The notes: generated from the letters alone by a model not told the origin. A stretch of 64,000 bases of DNA from Longimicrobiales bacterium (GCA_965238005.1 OZ250165.1:3680001-3744000), one strand, 5' to 3'; positions 20,505-30,796 are shown, counted from the stretch's first letter. Numbers and translations: made by a program.

Positions 20505-21518
20505 TCACAGGGCCGATGGCCAGTCGAGGCCCATTCGGTGGCGGGCTTCGGACAAGGTCTCGCTGGCGATGGATCGGGCGTGGGCGGCTCCGGCCTCCAG
20601 AACGTCACGCACCTCGTCCGTGTGCTCACGGTAGTAGAGGGCCTTCTCCCGGATGGGTGCAAACGCCTTCACGATGCTGTCGGCCAGGATACGCTTGCAG
20701 TCCACACAGCCCCGCTGGGCGGTCCGGCACTGCTCGTCGATGTCGGCAATCATGTCCGCGTCCGTGAGCAGCTTGTGGAGCGAGAAGACGTTGCAGACCT
20801 CGGGCCGGCCCGGATCCTCGCGCCGGACGCGCTGGGGGTCCGTCACGGCGCGCTTGACCCGATCCCAGATCTCGTCCTCATCGGCCAGGATCCCCACCGT
20901 GTTCCCCAGCGATTTGCTCATCTTGGTCCCGCCGTCGAGACCGATGATCCGCCCCACCTCGGGGATGATGGCCTCGGGCTCGGGAAAGTACTCGCCGTAG
21001 CGGGCATTCCACTTCCGGGCGATGTCGCGGGTCAACTCCAGATGCTGTCGCTGATCCTCTCCCACGGGCACGGCGTCCGCCCGGTAGATGAGGATGTCGG
21101 CCGCCTGTAGGACGGGATAGTTGAGCAACCCTACCGGGATGGACTCGTGTCTGGCCGATTTGTCCTTGTACTGCGTCATCCGCTCCAGGTCGCCCACGGG
21201 AGCCACCGTGTTGAAGAGCCACTGGAGCTCCAGGTGCTCCGAGACGTCGGACTGGACGAAGATCGTGCACTTCTCGGGGTCGAGGCCCACGGCCAGCAGG
21301 CTGATGGCCGCGTCGATCGTTCGGGCGGGCAGATCCGCTGGGTCCCCGTCGCCGAGGATGGCGTGCTGGTCCACGATGGCGTAGAAGCACTCGTACTCCT
21401 CCTGCATGTGGACCCACTGCCGCAGAGCCCCCAGGTAGTTGCCCAGGTGTACCTCGCCCGTGGGCTGAATGCCGCTGAGTACGCGCTTACGCCGTGTGGC
21501 CGTGTCGAGATCGCTCAT
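20505..21518 (-). CDS. trpS: Tryptophan--tRNA ligase
   Basis: SGIQPTG, HLGN, YPVLQAADIL, VPVGEDQ, KMSKS. Confidence 0.98.
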   Translation of the reverse strand: MSDLDTATRRKRVLSGIQPTGEVHLGNYLGALRQWVHMQEEYECFYAIVDQHAILGDGDPADLPARTIDAAISLLAVGLDPEKCTIFVQSDVSEHLELQWLFNTVAPVGDLERMTQYKDKSARHESIPVGLLNYPVLQAADILIYRADAVPVGEDQRQHLELTRDIARKWNARYGEYFPEPEAIIPEVGRIIGLDGGTKMSKSLGNTVGILADEDEIWDRVKRAVTDPQRVRREDPGRPEVCNVFSLHKLLTDADMIADIDEQCRTAQRGCVDCKRILADSIVKAFAPIREKALYYREHTDEVRDVLEAGAAHARSIASETLSEARHRMGLDWPSAL

Positions 21519-21590
21519 CGCGTAACTTACGTACGGTTCGAGAATATGTGAATCTTACGCCACCCGCGCTCCAACATCGACCGGAAGCCG

Positions 21591-22391
21591 ATGATCGATC
21601 TTCTCGAGACAGCACTGGACACCGCCCGTCTGGCCGCAGACGTCGCCGCGGCGGTCCACCGAGCCCATGGTACCTCCGTCTCGGTGGGCGACGCGACCAA
21701 GAAGGGCCGCGCGGACTACGTGTCCGCTACCGACCTGGAGGCGCAGGAAGCGTGTGTTGCCGTCATCCGGGAGCGGCATCCCGAGCACGCGATCCTGGCC
21801 GAAGAGGGCGCCGGGGAAGGCCTGGAAGTCACGCTTCCCGACGGCCCAGTGTGGGTGGTGGACCCCCTGGACGGCACCGCGAACTTCCTCCACGACCATC
21901 CCATGCACGCGGCCTCGGTGGCGCTCGCCATCGACGGGACTCCCGCCGTTGGAGCGGTGTCGTGCGCGCCCACCGGCGAGCGCTGGTGGGCCGCCCGTGG
22001 GCACGGGGCCTGGAAGAATGGACAATCCATAGCGGTGTCGTCCATCGCTGAGCGCGACCATGCTCTCATCGGAACCGGCTTCCCCTTCAAGAGCGAGCAC
22101 CTGCTCCAAGAGTACGCGGCCCAGCTCGTCCGGGTGCTGGAAGCCAGCGGAGGCGTGCGCCGGGGTGGCTCCGCCGCACTGGACCTCTGCTATCTGGCTG
22201 AGGGGAGGTTCGAGGCCTTCTGGGAGCTCTTCCTGAATCCGTGGGATTTCGCGGCGGGGTGGGTGATCATCGAGGAGGCGGGAGGGGTCACGAGCCGGGT
22301 AGGGGGTGGGTCCCTCGCCCTTTCCCAGGGAAGCGTCATGGGCGCCAACTCGCCGGCCATGCTCGAGGCGATCTCGGAGCTGTTGGAGTAG
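21591..22391 (+). CDS. Inositol monophosphatase family protein (SuhB-like)
   Basis: AEEG, WVVDPLDGTANF, GSAALDL, WDFAAG. Confidence 0.93.
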   Translation: MIDLLETALDTARLAADVAAAVHRAHGTSVSVGDATKKGRADYVSATDLEAQEACVAVIRERHPEHAILAEEGAGEGLEVTLPDGPVWVVDPLDGTANFLHDHPMHAASVALAIDGTPAVGAVSCAPTGERWWAARGHGAWKNGQSIAVSSIAERDHALIGTGFPFKSEHLLQEYAAQLVRVLEASGGVRRGGSAALDLCYLAEGRFEAFWELFLNPWDFAAGWVIIEEAGGVTSRVGGGSLALSQGSVMGANSPAMLEAISELLE

Positions 22392-22425
22392 GAGCGGGGG
22401 GGGCGCCCCCCTCCTCGGCCGCCCC

Positions 22426-23028
22426 CTAATCGGCCACCCACCAACCGGCCGCTCCCGATCGGCCCACCCCGATGGGCCGACCCGAGTAGGTCGACCCAAG
22501 AACGAAAGCGGGCCCGGATGTCTCCGGACCCGCCACGTATGCTTCAGACTTCCGCGTCGAACGGGAGCCTGACTCGCTGCCCTTGATCTCGATGGTGCGG
22601 CTCTTGGCCTCCGCGGCCTTGGGCATGCGCACGGTCAGGATCCCGTTGTCGAAGTCGGCCTTGACCCCATCGACCGCGACCGACTTGGGGAGTGTGAAGG
22701 CCCTCTGGAAGCTCCCATAGCGACGCTCCCAAACGTGGTAGCTGCTCTTGTCGTCCCCCTCCTCGCGCTCCTCCCGCTTCTCACCGCGGATCGTTAGAAT
22801 GTTGTTCTCGATCTCGAGGTGGACGTCCTCCTCGGCCATGCCCGGGAGCTCGGCTGTGAGGAGAAGCTCATCCGGTCCCTTTTCGACGTTGACCGCCGGG
22901 AGCCATGAGCCTGTGGGCTCCGCCGTGTCCCGGGCCTCGTCGAAGAGCCGCGGAAGGCGATTCGCGAAGCCCGTGAGCTCGGGCCAGGGCGAGAAGATTC
23001 GCCGGGGGGTGTATCTCATGATTGCCAT
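22426..23028 (-). CDS. Hsp20/alpha-crystallin small heat shock protein (possibly spurious C-terminal extension)
   Basis: AELPG, LTIRGEK, ERRYGSFQRAFTLP, NGILTV and the IEI motif; GGAG before ATG 23028. Confidence 0.92.
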   Translation of the reverse strand: MAIMRYTPRRIFSPWPELTGFANRLPRLFDEARDTAEPTGSWLPAVNVEKGPDELLLTAELPGMAEEDVHLEIENNILTIRGEKREEREEGDDKSSYHVWERRYGSFQRAFTLPKSVAVDGVKADFDNGILTVRMPKAAEAKSRTIEIKGSESGSRSTRKSEAYVAGPETSGPAFVLGSTYSGRPIGVGRSGAAGWWVAD

Positions 23029-23130
23029 CGGAGTAACTCCTTGATCGGATTGGTGCGACATGAGGCGGGCGGCGGTCCTGAACCTCTCGAACCGAGTAGG
23101 TGGGACCTCCGACCGCCAAGCACCGACGGT

Positions 23131-23146
23131 TGCATGAGCCGTGCCA
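23131..23146 (-). promoter_or_regulatory. Sigma-54 (-24/-12) promoter for hsp20
   Basis: Minus strand TGGCACGGCTCATGCA (GG-N10-GC). An IHF-like site TGTCAACGACTTA lies at 23181-23193. Confidence 0.65.
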
Positions 23147-23388
23147 CGGTCACGAGGGGAAAGTCTGCCAAATGTACATGTGTCAACGACTTACAACGAC
23201 GATTGGGTGCCGTAATGACCCGTTCCCGGGCTCGTGGGCTGCTGTTTTGGCAGTCCACAGAACGCCGGGCTCCGATACCGGCCCGCTCCTTGCCACGAGG
23301 CTTGATGGGGGCGGATTGAGAGGGCAGCACCGCCGCTCGAGGGGGCCGCGTGGCGGCCCCGCCGAACGGGCAACATGGAGACCAGAAG

Positions 23389-24429
23389 GTGCATGATCGC
23401 ATGGCGGTAGGAGTCCTTGGCGCAACGGGAACGGTGGGTCAGAAGCTCGTCCAGCTCCTGGACGGCCACCCCTGGTTCCGTCTGGCCGAGGTGAGCGCCT
23501 CGGCCTCGTCGGCCGGGCAGACCCTCGGCGAGCGGGTGCCCGGAGGCGGCCTTCCCGCCGAGGCGGCCGCCCTTCCCCTGGGCGCTCCGGACTCGGAGTG
23601 GGAGTCCCCCATCCTCCTTTCCGCCCTTCCGTCGGGGGCGGCCCGCGACATGGAGATCCGCCTGGCCGAAGCCGGGCATCTGGTCGTGAGCAACGCCTCG
23701 GCCCACCGGATGCGCCACGACGTGCCACTCCTGATTCCCGAGGTCAACGCCGATCATCTCGAGATGGTGGAGAGCCAGCCGTGGGACGGCGCCTTGGTCA
23801 CCAACCCCAACTGTGCCGTGGCCGGCCTAGTGCTGGCGCTGGCGCCCCTGAACGACGCCTTCGGCATCGAGCGTGTGGTCACCACGTCCCTCCAGGCCAT
23901 ATCCGGGGCCGGCACGCCGGGACCCCCGGCCGGAAGCCTTCTAGACAACGTCCTGCCCCTCATCGAGGGAGAAGAGGAGAAGCTGGCCGAGGAGCCCCAG
24001 AAGATTCTGGGGAGCGTAAGCGGAGGGGTGCTGGCCGAGGCCGACTTCGCCGTGAGCGCGTCATGCACCCGGGTATCGGTGTCCGACGGTCATCTCCTCT
24101 CGGTCTCGGTCGCTCTCGCCGGCGGACCCTCGCCCGGGCGGGTCACGGAGGCCATTCAGAACTTTCGGACTCCGGAGGCCACCAGGGGGCTGCCCACCTC
24201 GCCGGAGCATGCCGTCCGGGTCATGGCCGAGGAGGATCGACCACAACCGCGACTCGACCGTGATCTGGGTCACGGGATGACCGTCACCGTGGGTCGCGTC
24301 CGGCCGTGCGAGGTCCTGGATGTGAAGTTCTTCGTCCTGGCCCACAACCTGGTACGCGGCGCGGCCGGCGCGGCGCTCCTGAACGCCGAGCTGTGCCGGG
24401 CGGAGGGGATCGCCGAGGGAGTACGATGA
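23389..24429 (+). CDS. asd: Aspartate-semialdehyde dehydrogenase
   Basis: GATGTVGQ, PEVN, NPNC, QAISGAG, EEEK and HNLVRGAAG; GGAG before GTG 23389. Confidence 0.96.
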   Translation: MHDRMAVGVLGATGTVGQKLVQLLDGHPWFRLAEVSASASSAGQTLGERVPGGGLPAEAAALPLGAPDSEWESPILLSALPSGAARDMEIRLAEAGHLVVSNASAHRMRHDVPLLIPEVNADHLEMVESQPWDGALVTNPNCAVAGLVLALAPLNDAFGIERVVTTSLQAISGAGTPGPPAGSLLDNVLPLIEGEEEKLAEEPQKILGSVSGGVLAEADFAVSASCTRVSVSDGHLLSVSVALAGGPSPGRVTEAIQNFRTPEATRGLPTSPEHAVRVMAEEDRPQPRLDRDLGHGMTVTVGRVRPCEVLDVKFFVLAHNLVRGAAGAALLNAELCRAEGIAEGVR

Positions 24430-25880
24430 CGGACCGACCGACCCTCACGGACACCGACCTCTGCGGCGAGACCTCGGAGCGGGTAGGTTCGGCCCACGAG
24501 CTCGCGGGCGGCCCGACTACCGCGGTCCCCCGCATCCACAAGTTCGGAGGGACTTCGGTGGACGGGGCCGAACGGCTGAGAGCCCTTGCCCGTATCATCC
24601 GGGATCAGGACGATCCCGCCGTGGTCGTGGTCTCCGCCATGGCCGGTGTCAGCGACGAGCTGGGCGGGCTGGTGGGGGGGCCGGACGACGCCTCGCGGGC
24701 GTCCGATCCCTCACAGGTCGTCGAGGGTCTACGCAGGCGGCACCACGACGCGCTGCTGGAGCTGATCGACGAAGGCCCGGAGCGCGCCGCCGTGGCCACC
24801 CGAATCGACCAGATACTGGACGGCGTGTCGGCGCTTCTGCCCCCTGCGCCCGGCGCGGATCCGCTACGCTTGAGGGACCAACTGATGGCGGCCGGCGAGG
24901 ACCTTACGGTCGAGCTGACCCTGGCGGCGCTGAAGGCCGAGGGCGTGTCGGCCACCGGCAAGGACGCCCGGAGTATCGTTTGGACGGATGCCGGATTCGG
25001 CGCCGCCATCCCGGACGTGGACGCCATTGCGCGGCTGGCTCCCGAGCGCATCCGGCCCCTTCTCGACGCCGGCACGGTGCCCGTGGTCCAGGGCTTCATC
25101 GGGAGCGAGGCGGGCGGGAGCACCACCACGCTGGGCCGGGGGGGATCCGACTTCACCGCGGCACTTCTCGGAGCCGCGCTGGACGCATCGGAAGTGGTGA
25201 TCTGGACCGACGTGGACGGCATGTACTCGGGAGACCCCAACCTGGTTCGGGCCGCCGAGGTCCTGCCCGAGGTGGGCTTCGGCGAGGCGGTGGAGCTCGC
25301 CTACTTCGGGGCGCGGGTCGTCCACCCGTCGGCCGTCAAGCACACCATCGCCCGGGATGTGCTCATGCGGATCAAGAACGCGTTCGCACCCGAGCGGGAG
25401 GGAACGCTCATCCACTTCGACCGGCGGGACACGGCGGCCTTCGCCGCCGTGGCAAACAAGACCAACGTCGCCCTCATCGAGGTACGGGCGTTTCCCACAG
25501 CCATGGCGTACGGCTTTCTCGCCCGGGTCTTCGCGGTGCTGGCAAGCCATCGAGTACCCGTGGACCTGGTGGCGACATCCCACAGCAGCACGGCCTTCAC
25601 CGTGGACCGGGACCAGGAGCTGACGGAGGTGCGGCGGGCCCTCTCGGTATTCTCCGAAGTGGACGTGATAGAGGACGTCGCCACCGTCACGGTCGTCGGC
25701 CGCGGACTCCTGCGGGAGCCGGGACTCGACGCCCTGGTGTTCTGGGCCGTGGAGAAGACGCCGGTCTACCTGATCTCCCAGGCTTCCGACGTCAGCATCA
25801 GCTTCGTGGTAGACGGGGTCGAGGCGCCCGAGTTGGTCCGCAAGCTCCACCTGTCGCTCATCGAGCTCAGGAGGACCTAG
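24426..25880 (+). CDS. lysC: Aspartate kinase
   Basis: KFGGTSV, VVSAM, TLGRGGSD, WTDVDG and ACT domains; ATGA overlap with asd. Confidence 0.95.
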   Translation: MTDRPTLTDTDLCGETSERVGSAHELAGGPTTAVPRIHKFGGTSVDGAERLRALARIIRDQDDPAVVVVSAMAGVSDELGGLVGGPDDASRASDPSQVVEGLRRRHHDALLELIDEGPERAAVATRIDQILDGVSALLPPAPGADPLRLRDQLMAAGEDLTVELTLAALKAEGVSATGKDARSIVWTDAGFGAAIPDVDAIARLAPERIRPLLDAGTVPVVQGFIGSEAGGSTTTLGRGGSDFTAALLGAALDASEVVIWTDVDGMYSGDPNLVRAAEVLPEVGFGEAVELAYFGARVVHPSAVKHTIARDVLMRIKNAFAPEREGTLIHFDRRDTAAFAAVANKTNVALIEVRAFPTAMAYGFLARVFAVLASHRVPVDLVATSHSSTAFTVDRDQELTEVRRALSVFSEVDVIEDVATVTVVGRGLLREPGLDALVFWAVEKTPVYLISQASDVSISFVVDGVEAPELVRKLHLSLIELRRT

Positions 25881-25893
25881 TGTTCCGTTACCA
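25877..25893 (+). mobile_element. Solo MITE terminus on the lysC stop codon
   Basis: CTAGTGTTCCGTTACCA matches the termini of the 20314-20499 element. Confidence 0.65.
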
Positions 25894-25905
25894 GGACAGC
25901 GCGCC

Positions 25906-26643
25906 ATGAAGATCGCCCTGGTGGGGTACGGCCGGATGGGCCACGCCGTGGAGGAGGTGGCCCTGGCGAAGGGTCACGAGATCGTGGCCCGCATCGATCC
26001 CGTCCTGGACTCGCGCGAAGTCACGCCCGAATCCCTGGACGATGCCGAGGTGGCCATCGAATTCAGCGTGCCCGGTGCCGTGACCCGCAACGTCGGCGCC
26101 ATCGCCGAAGCCGGCGTGGACGCCGTCGTGGGGACCACGGGCTGGCACTCGGGGATGGACAAAGTGGTGGCCGCGGTCGAGGCGGCCGGCATCGGTCTGA
26201 TCTACGCGCCCAACTTCTCCCTCGGTGTGCAACTCTTCCTGCGGCTCGCCCGAAGCGCGGCAAGACTGGCGAACGCCCTCGAGGAGTACGACGTGCACGT
26301 GTGGGAAGCGCACCACCGGCACAAGATCGATCACCCCAGCGGGACGGCCATCGATCTGGCGGACTTGTTGATAGAGGAGCTCGACCGCAAAGGACGCTGG
26401 TCCGAAGCACCCCCGGGCGGCGCCCCCGACGCACAAGTTCTGTACGTGGCCAGCCAGCGGGCCGGCGAGACGCCCGGGACCCACGTCGTCGGGCTCGAGG
26501 GACCCGACGACCGCATCGAGCTGCGCCACGAGGCCCGAAGCCGGGCCGGCTTCGCCCGGGGCGCGGTGGAGGCGGCCGAGTGGGTTCCAGGCCGCTCCGG
26601 TGTGTTCACCCTCGACGACATGCTCGCCGAGCGATTCGGCTAG
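25906..26643 (+). CDS. dapB: 4-hydroxy-tetrahydrodipicolinate reductase
   Basis: GYGRMG, GTTG, APNFSLG, EAHHRHKIDHPSGTA. Confidence 0.96.
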   Translation: MKIALVGYGRMGHAVEEVALAKGHEIVARIDPVLDSREVTPESLDDAEVAIEFSVPGAVTRNVGAIAEAGVDAVVGTTGWHSGMDKVVAAVEAAGIGLIYAPNFSLGVQLFLRLARSAARLANALEEYDVHVWEAHHRHKIDHPSGTAIDLADLLIEELDRKGRWSEAPPGGAPDAQVLYVASQRAGETPGTHVVGLEGPDDRIELRHEARSRAGFARGAVEAAEWVPGRSGVFTLDDMLAERFG

Positions 26644-26676
26644 ATTGGATGCTTTGAGCGAGAGCAGGAGAGGAAC

Positions 26677-27582
26677 ATGGACGCCGACCGTTTCAGAGGC
26701 GTGGGTGTAGCCCTGGTCACACCCTTCCGCGAGGACGGATCCGTAGACACGGACGCCCTCCGTCGCCACGTGCACTTCCAGATCGACGGCGGTGTCGGGG
26801 TCATGGTGCCGTGCGGCACCACCGGCGAGAGCGCCACCCTGTCGGCCGACGAACAGGCCCTCGTTGTGCACGAGATCGTCAGCGCTGCTCAGGGACGGGT
26901 GCCGGTCCTGGCGGGGGCGGGCGGCAGCGACACGGCCGACGTGGTCCGTCGGGCGCGGGCGGCACGGGAGGCCGGTGCCGATGGCATCCTCTGCGTGAGT
27001 CCGGCGTACAACAAGCCCAGCCAGCGGGGGCTTGTCGAGCACTACCGTGCAGTGGCCGGAGCAGTCGACTGCCCCGTCGTGGTGTACAACGTTCCTGGGC
27101 GAACCTCTTCCAACGTCCTCCCCGAAACCCTGTTGGCGCTCGCCGAGTTGGACAACATCGTGGGTGTCAAAGAGGCCTCGGGAGACATGAACCAGATCAT
27201 GACGATCGTGAGAGAGCGGCCCGAGGGGTTTCTGGTGCTCTCGGGAGACGACAGCCTTACCCTGCCCATCATCGCCGCCGGGGCCGACGGAGTGATCTCG
27301 GTGGTGGCCAACGAAGCGCCCAGCCTCATGTCCCGCTTGGTGGGCGCCGCCCTCCGAGGGGACTACGACGAGGCGCGCACGCTCCACTACCGGCTGCTGC
27401 CCCTCATGCAGGCCAACTTCGTCGAGACGAATCCCGTACCGGTGAAGGCGGCCCTGGCGATCATGGGGCGTCTGGAGGCGAGGTACCGCCTGCCCCTGGT
27501 GCCCCTGGATGCCGCGAACGAGCCCCGCCTCCGTCACGCCCTGGCCGAGGCCGGGCTGCTGGAAGCCGAGATGGTCGGGTGA
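26677..27582 (+). CDS. dapA: 4-hydroxy-tetrahydrodipicolinate synthase
   Basis: GTTGES, YNVPGRT, GVKEASG, SGDD, ETNPVPVK. Confidence 0.97.
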   Translation: MDADRFRGVGVALVTPFREDGSVDTDALRRHVHFQIDGGVGVMVPCGTTGESATLSADEQALVVHEIVSAAQGRVPVLAGAGGSDTADVVRRARAAREAGADGILCVSPAYNKPSQRGLVEHYRAVAGAVDCPVVVYNVPGRTSSNVLPETLLALAELDNIVGVKEASGDMNQIMTIVRERPEGFLVLSGDDSLTLPIIAAGADGVISVVANEAPSLMSRLVGAALRGDYDEARTLHYRLLPLMQANFVETNPVPVKAALAIMGRLEARYRLPLVPLDAANEPRLRHALAEAGLLEAEMVG

Positions 27583-27583
27583 C

Positions 27584-28423
27584 GTGGATACGGAGGCGCT
27601 GAAAGCCACCATCGTCCGTTTGGCCGCGTCGGATCTCGGCGAGAGCACCGAAGAGGCCCGGATCGCCGTCACCCGACTCCTGGACGCCCTCACGCGAGGT
27701 GAGGTGCGCTCGGCCCGGAAGGAGGAAGGTGAGTGGCGGGCCGTGGAGTGGGTGAAGACCGGGATCCTCCTGGCGTTCCGCGTCGGGCGAACCCGGGAGT
27801 TCCCCGCCAGCCCGGCGTCTTACTACGACAAGGACACGCTCCCGCTCCGGGACACGCGCGGCGTCGAGGAGAACATCCGGATCGTTCCGGGGGGCAGCTC
27901 AGTGCGCTCCGGCGCGTTCCTCGGCGAGAACGTGATCATCATGCCGCCGGCCTTCGTGAACATCGGAGCGTACGTGGGCCGGGACACGATGATCGACTCC
28001 CATGCACTGGTGGGCTCGTGTGCCCAGGTCGGTGAGCGGGTGCACCTGAGCGCCGGAGCCCAGCTGGGCGGCGTGCTCGAGCCCGTGGGGTTGCGGCCGG
28101 TGATCGTAGAGGACGACGCGATGATCGGCGGCAACGTGGGCGTCTTCGAGGGGACCCTGGTGGGAGAGAGAGCGGTGCTGGCGCCCGGCGTTCAGCTCAC
28201 TTCTTCCACCACCGTGTGCGACCTGGTTCGGGAGCAGGCGTACCGCGGCGCCCCCGACCGCCCCCTGACCATCCCTCCCGGCGCCGTGGTCGTCCCCGGT
28301 TCACGGGCGGTGAACAGCGACTTCGCACGGGAGCAGGGAGTCCAGCTGTACGCATCCGTCATAGTGAAGTACCGCGATGCGTCTACGGATGCCGCCACGG
28401 CCCTGGAGGACGCTCTCCGCTGA
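27584..28423 (+). CDS. dapD: Tetrahydrodipicolinate N-succinyltransferase
   Basis: WVKTGILLAF, RIVPGG, VNIGAYV, VGSCAQVG, GGVLEP. Confidence 0.95.
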   Translation: MDTEALKATIVRLAASDLGESTEEARIAVTRLLDALTRGEVRSARKEEGEWRAVEWVKTGILLAFRVGRTREFPASPASYYDKDTLPLRDTRGVEENIRIVPGGSSVRSGAFLGENVIIMPPAFVNIGAYVGRDTMIDSHALVGSCAQVGERVHLSAGAQLGGVLEPVGLRPVIVEDDAMIGGNVGVFEGTLVGERAVLAPGVQLTSSTTVCDLVREQAYRGAPDRPLTIPPGAVVVPGSRAVNSDFAREQGVQLYASVIVKYRDASTDAATALEDALR

Positions 28424-29339
28424 AGGGGGCGCCGCCCTCCACGGACTCGATGGCCAGGTGGGCCGCCCCCCGGGCGACGTCCACTACGCGGTCACGTGTC
28501 TGGCAGAGCAGACCCCCTATGGCCGTCGACACGCGCTGCCGTAGCGGCCCGTCCTCATCGATGAGCCCACCGGCTAGCGCCACCGCAGGACGCCCGGGCC
28601 AGGGGCCCAGGCGCTTCACCACGGCAAGGACATGAGCCACCAGATCCTCCACGACGTTCTCCACCATGATCCCCGCCACGTCGTCGCCGGCCTCGGCCTG
28701 GTCGCACACGATGGGGACCAGAGCAGCGACGTCCGCCTTGCTGGCCATGGCGATCCAGGCGATCAGGTCTTCTGGACGGTCCGCACCGAGCTTCGCGAGG
28801 ATCGGATCGCGGAGTCCCGTCTTCATGCTGCGGCCGTCCTCTCCCCGCACCACCGCCCGAAGAGCCGCCATGCCCATGGCGTAGCCGCTTCCCTCGTCAC
28901 CGAGTAGAACTCCCCAGCCCCCGATACGGACCGTGGACCCATCGACTCCTCGGCCCAGGGCGATGGAGCCCGTCCCGGAGATGAGGAGGATCCCCGGCTC
29001 CGATCCGAATGCGTCGTGGAACGCGGCCCTGGCGTCTCTGCCGACGTGGACGGTCTCGGCGATGCCCGCCTCCTGAAGCGCCTCCTGGACCACGCTCCGG
29101 GCCGGATCGTTCCCCGCCCCGGCGATGCCGGCCCAAAGGACTTTTGCCGGAAACGTTGCACCCGCATCACCCACGGCTTGGCGACATACGTGGGTGATCA
29201 CGCCGATGGTGGCTCGCGGGTTCGCCTGATCGATCAGGGCTGGCGGTCCCTCGGCCCGAGCCAGCTCCTGGCCCTCTGCGTCCATGACCACGGCCCGGGT
29301 CCGGGTGCCTCCTCCGTCCACACCGACGAAGAAGCTCAT
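28383..29339 (-). CDS. BadF/BcrA-type N-acetylglucosamine / N-acetylmuramate kinase (MurK-like)
   Basis: GVDGGGTRT, GIAG, SGTGS and GGWGVLLGDEGSG; operon context. Confidence 0.88.
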   Translation of the reverse strand: MSFFVGVDGGGTRTRAVVMDAEGQELARAEGPPALIDQANPRATIGVITHVCRQAVGDAGATFPAKVLWAGIAGAGNDPARSVVQEALQEAGIAETVHVGRDARAAFHDAFGSEPGILLISGTGSIALGRGVDGSTVRIGGWGVLLGDEGSGYAMGMAALRAVVRGEDGRSMKTGLRDPILAKLGADRPEDLIAWIAMASKADVAALVPIVCDQAEAGDDVAGIMVENVVEDLVAHVLAVVKRLGPWPGRPAVALAGGLIDEDGPLRQRVSTAIGGLLCQTRDRVVDVARGAAHLAIESVEGGAPFSGERPPGPWRHP

Positions 29340-30796
29340 ACGGCTTCGGGGGTAGGAGAATCGGCGGGACGCCCGCCACCCAGCGTCCAGCCCACCACCA
29401 CCGTCACCGCCGTGCCGATGGGGACGAACCAGGGCCAGGCCACGACAGTGCGAGCGAAAAGCCAGATAGACGTGACCACGGCGATCCCGGCGATCATCCC
29501 GAGGATGACGCTCCGCTGGTCGGCGCGGCTCGACCGAACCGACAGAACGAACGCTCCGAGGAGACCGCCGTATACCATGGACGCGACGGCCAGCGCCACC
29601 TCCACCGCAGTGGTTCCCTCGCTGAGGGGGATGAAGAGCACGGCTCCACCGATGAGCAGTGCGGCCCAAACGAGCGTGAAGAGCTTCCCTGCCCGGAGGA
29701 TGCGGGCCTCGTCATCCACGGCGCCGACCAGGGGCGCCCAGAAGTCGTATGCCGTGGCCGACGCCAACGAGTTGATGGATGAGGACAGCGACGACATGGC
29801 CGCGGCGAACACTCCGGCGATGAGCAGTCCCGTTATCCCGGCGGGGAGCACGTTCACCACGAAGCTGGCGAAGATCTCGTCTCCCCGACTGAACTCCTGA
29901 CCGCCGTAATACGCCCACAGGCCGAGTCCCACCAGAAGGAAGATGGCGAACTGGATCATGACGACCACGCCACTCCCCACGAGCGCCCTCTGGCTGGAGT
30001 CCAGGTCCCGGCAGGTGAGAAGGCGCTGGACGATGAGCTGATCGGTGCCGTGGGACGCCATTGTGAGGAAGCCTCCGCCCAGGACGCCGGCCCAGAGCGT
30101 GTACGGGATGGCGAAGTCGAGGGACAGGTCGAAGACGGCCATCTTGCCAGCTTCACGCGCGCTGGCGAAGATGCCGGCCCATCCGCCCGGGACGAGCTCC
30201 TGGAGGGCCACCATGGCCACCAGCGCTCCCAGCAAATAGAGGCCCATCTGGAATGCGTCCACCCAGATCACCGCCTTGATCCCCCCGAAGTACGTGTAGA
30301 CCACCGTCATCACACCGATGACGGCTATGGACACGGGATAATCCCAGCCGGTGACCAGGGCCAGAGGGATGGCCGTGGCGAAGAGCCTCACCGAGTCGGC
30401 CAGGAGACGGGTGATCATGAAGACTGCCGAGGCGAAGCGGCGGGCCCGCTGGCCGAAACGGGCCTCGAGGAGCTCGTACGCCGTGCTCAGCTCCCCCCGG
30501 TAGTAGGACGGTAGCAGGAACGCCGATACCACCACCCTCCCCGCGAGATATCCGAAGGTGAGCTGCAGGAAGCCCAGGGTTCCCAGGTAGGACACGCCGG
30601 GAATGCTGAGGAAGGTGAGGGTGCTGGTCTCCGTGGCGACGACCGAAAGCATGACGGCCACCCACGGTAGCTCCCTGTTCCCCAGGAAGTAATCGCGGCC
30701 GCCGGTCTGCCCCCGCCCCAGCCACGCGCCCCAGGCGGTGATCCCGACGAGGTAGACCAGGAGTACGGAGAGATCGAGAGACGTGAAGTCGCTCAC
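29336..30796 (-). CDS. Sodium:solute symporter
   Basis: YFLGNR, ATETS, GGIKAVIWVD, DQLIVQR and AAAMSSLSSSINSL; many TM helices. Confidence 0.93.
   Translation of the reverse strand: MSDFTSLDLSVLLVYLVGITAWGAWLGRGQTGGRDYFLGNRELPWVAVMLSVVATETSTLTFLSIPGVSYLGTLGFLQLTFGYLAGRVVVSAFLLPSYYRGELSTAYELLEARFGQRARRFASAVFMITRLLADSVRLFATAIPLALVTGWDYPVSIAVIGVMTVVYTYFGGIKAVIWVDAFQMGLYLLGALVAMVALQELVPGGWAGIFASAREAGKMAVFDLSLDFAIPYTLWAGVLGGGFLTMASHGTDQLIVQRLLTCRDLDSSQRALVGSGVVVMIQFAIFLLVGLGLWAYYGGQEFSRGDEIFASFVVNVLPAGITGLLIAGVFAAAMSSLSSSINSLASATAYDFWAPLVGAVDDEARILRAGKLFTLVWAALLIGGAVLFIPLSEGTTAVEVALAVASMVYGGLLGAFVLSVRSSRADQRSVILGMIAGIAVVTSIWLFARTVVAWPWFVPIGTAVTVVVGWTLGGGRPADSPTPEAV

Noticed and set aside
23260..23388. 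Lysine riboswitch upstream of asd-lysC-dap
   Set aside because: The region is too short and lacks a recognisable L-box core; only a GC hairpin (GGGGCCGC-GTG-GCGGCCCC) is present.
28383..28423. 41-bp convergent overlap of dapD and the sugar kinase
   Set aside because: Short 3' overlaps are common in high-GC genomes, and there is no further evidence of function.
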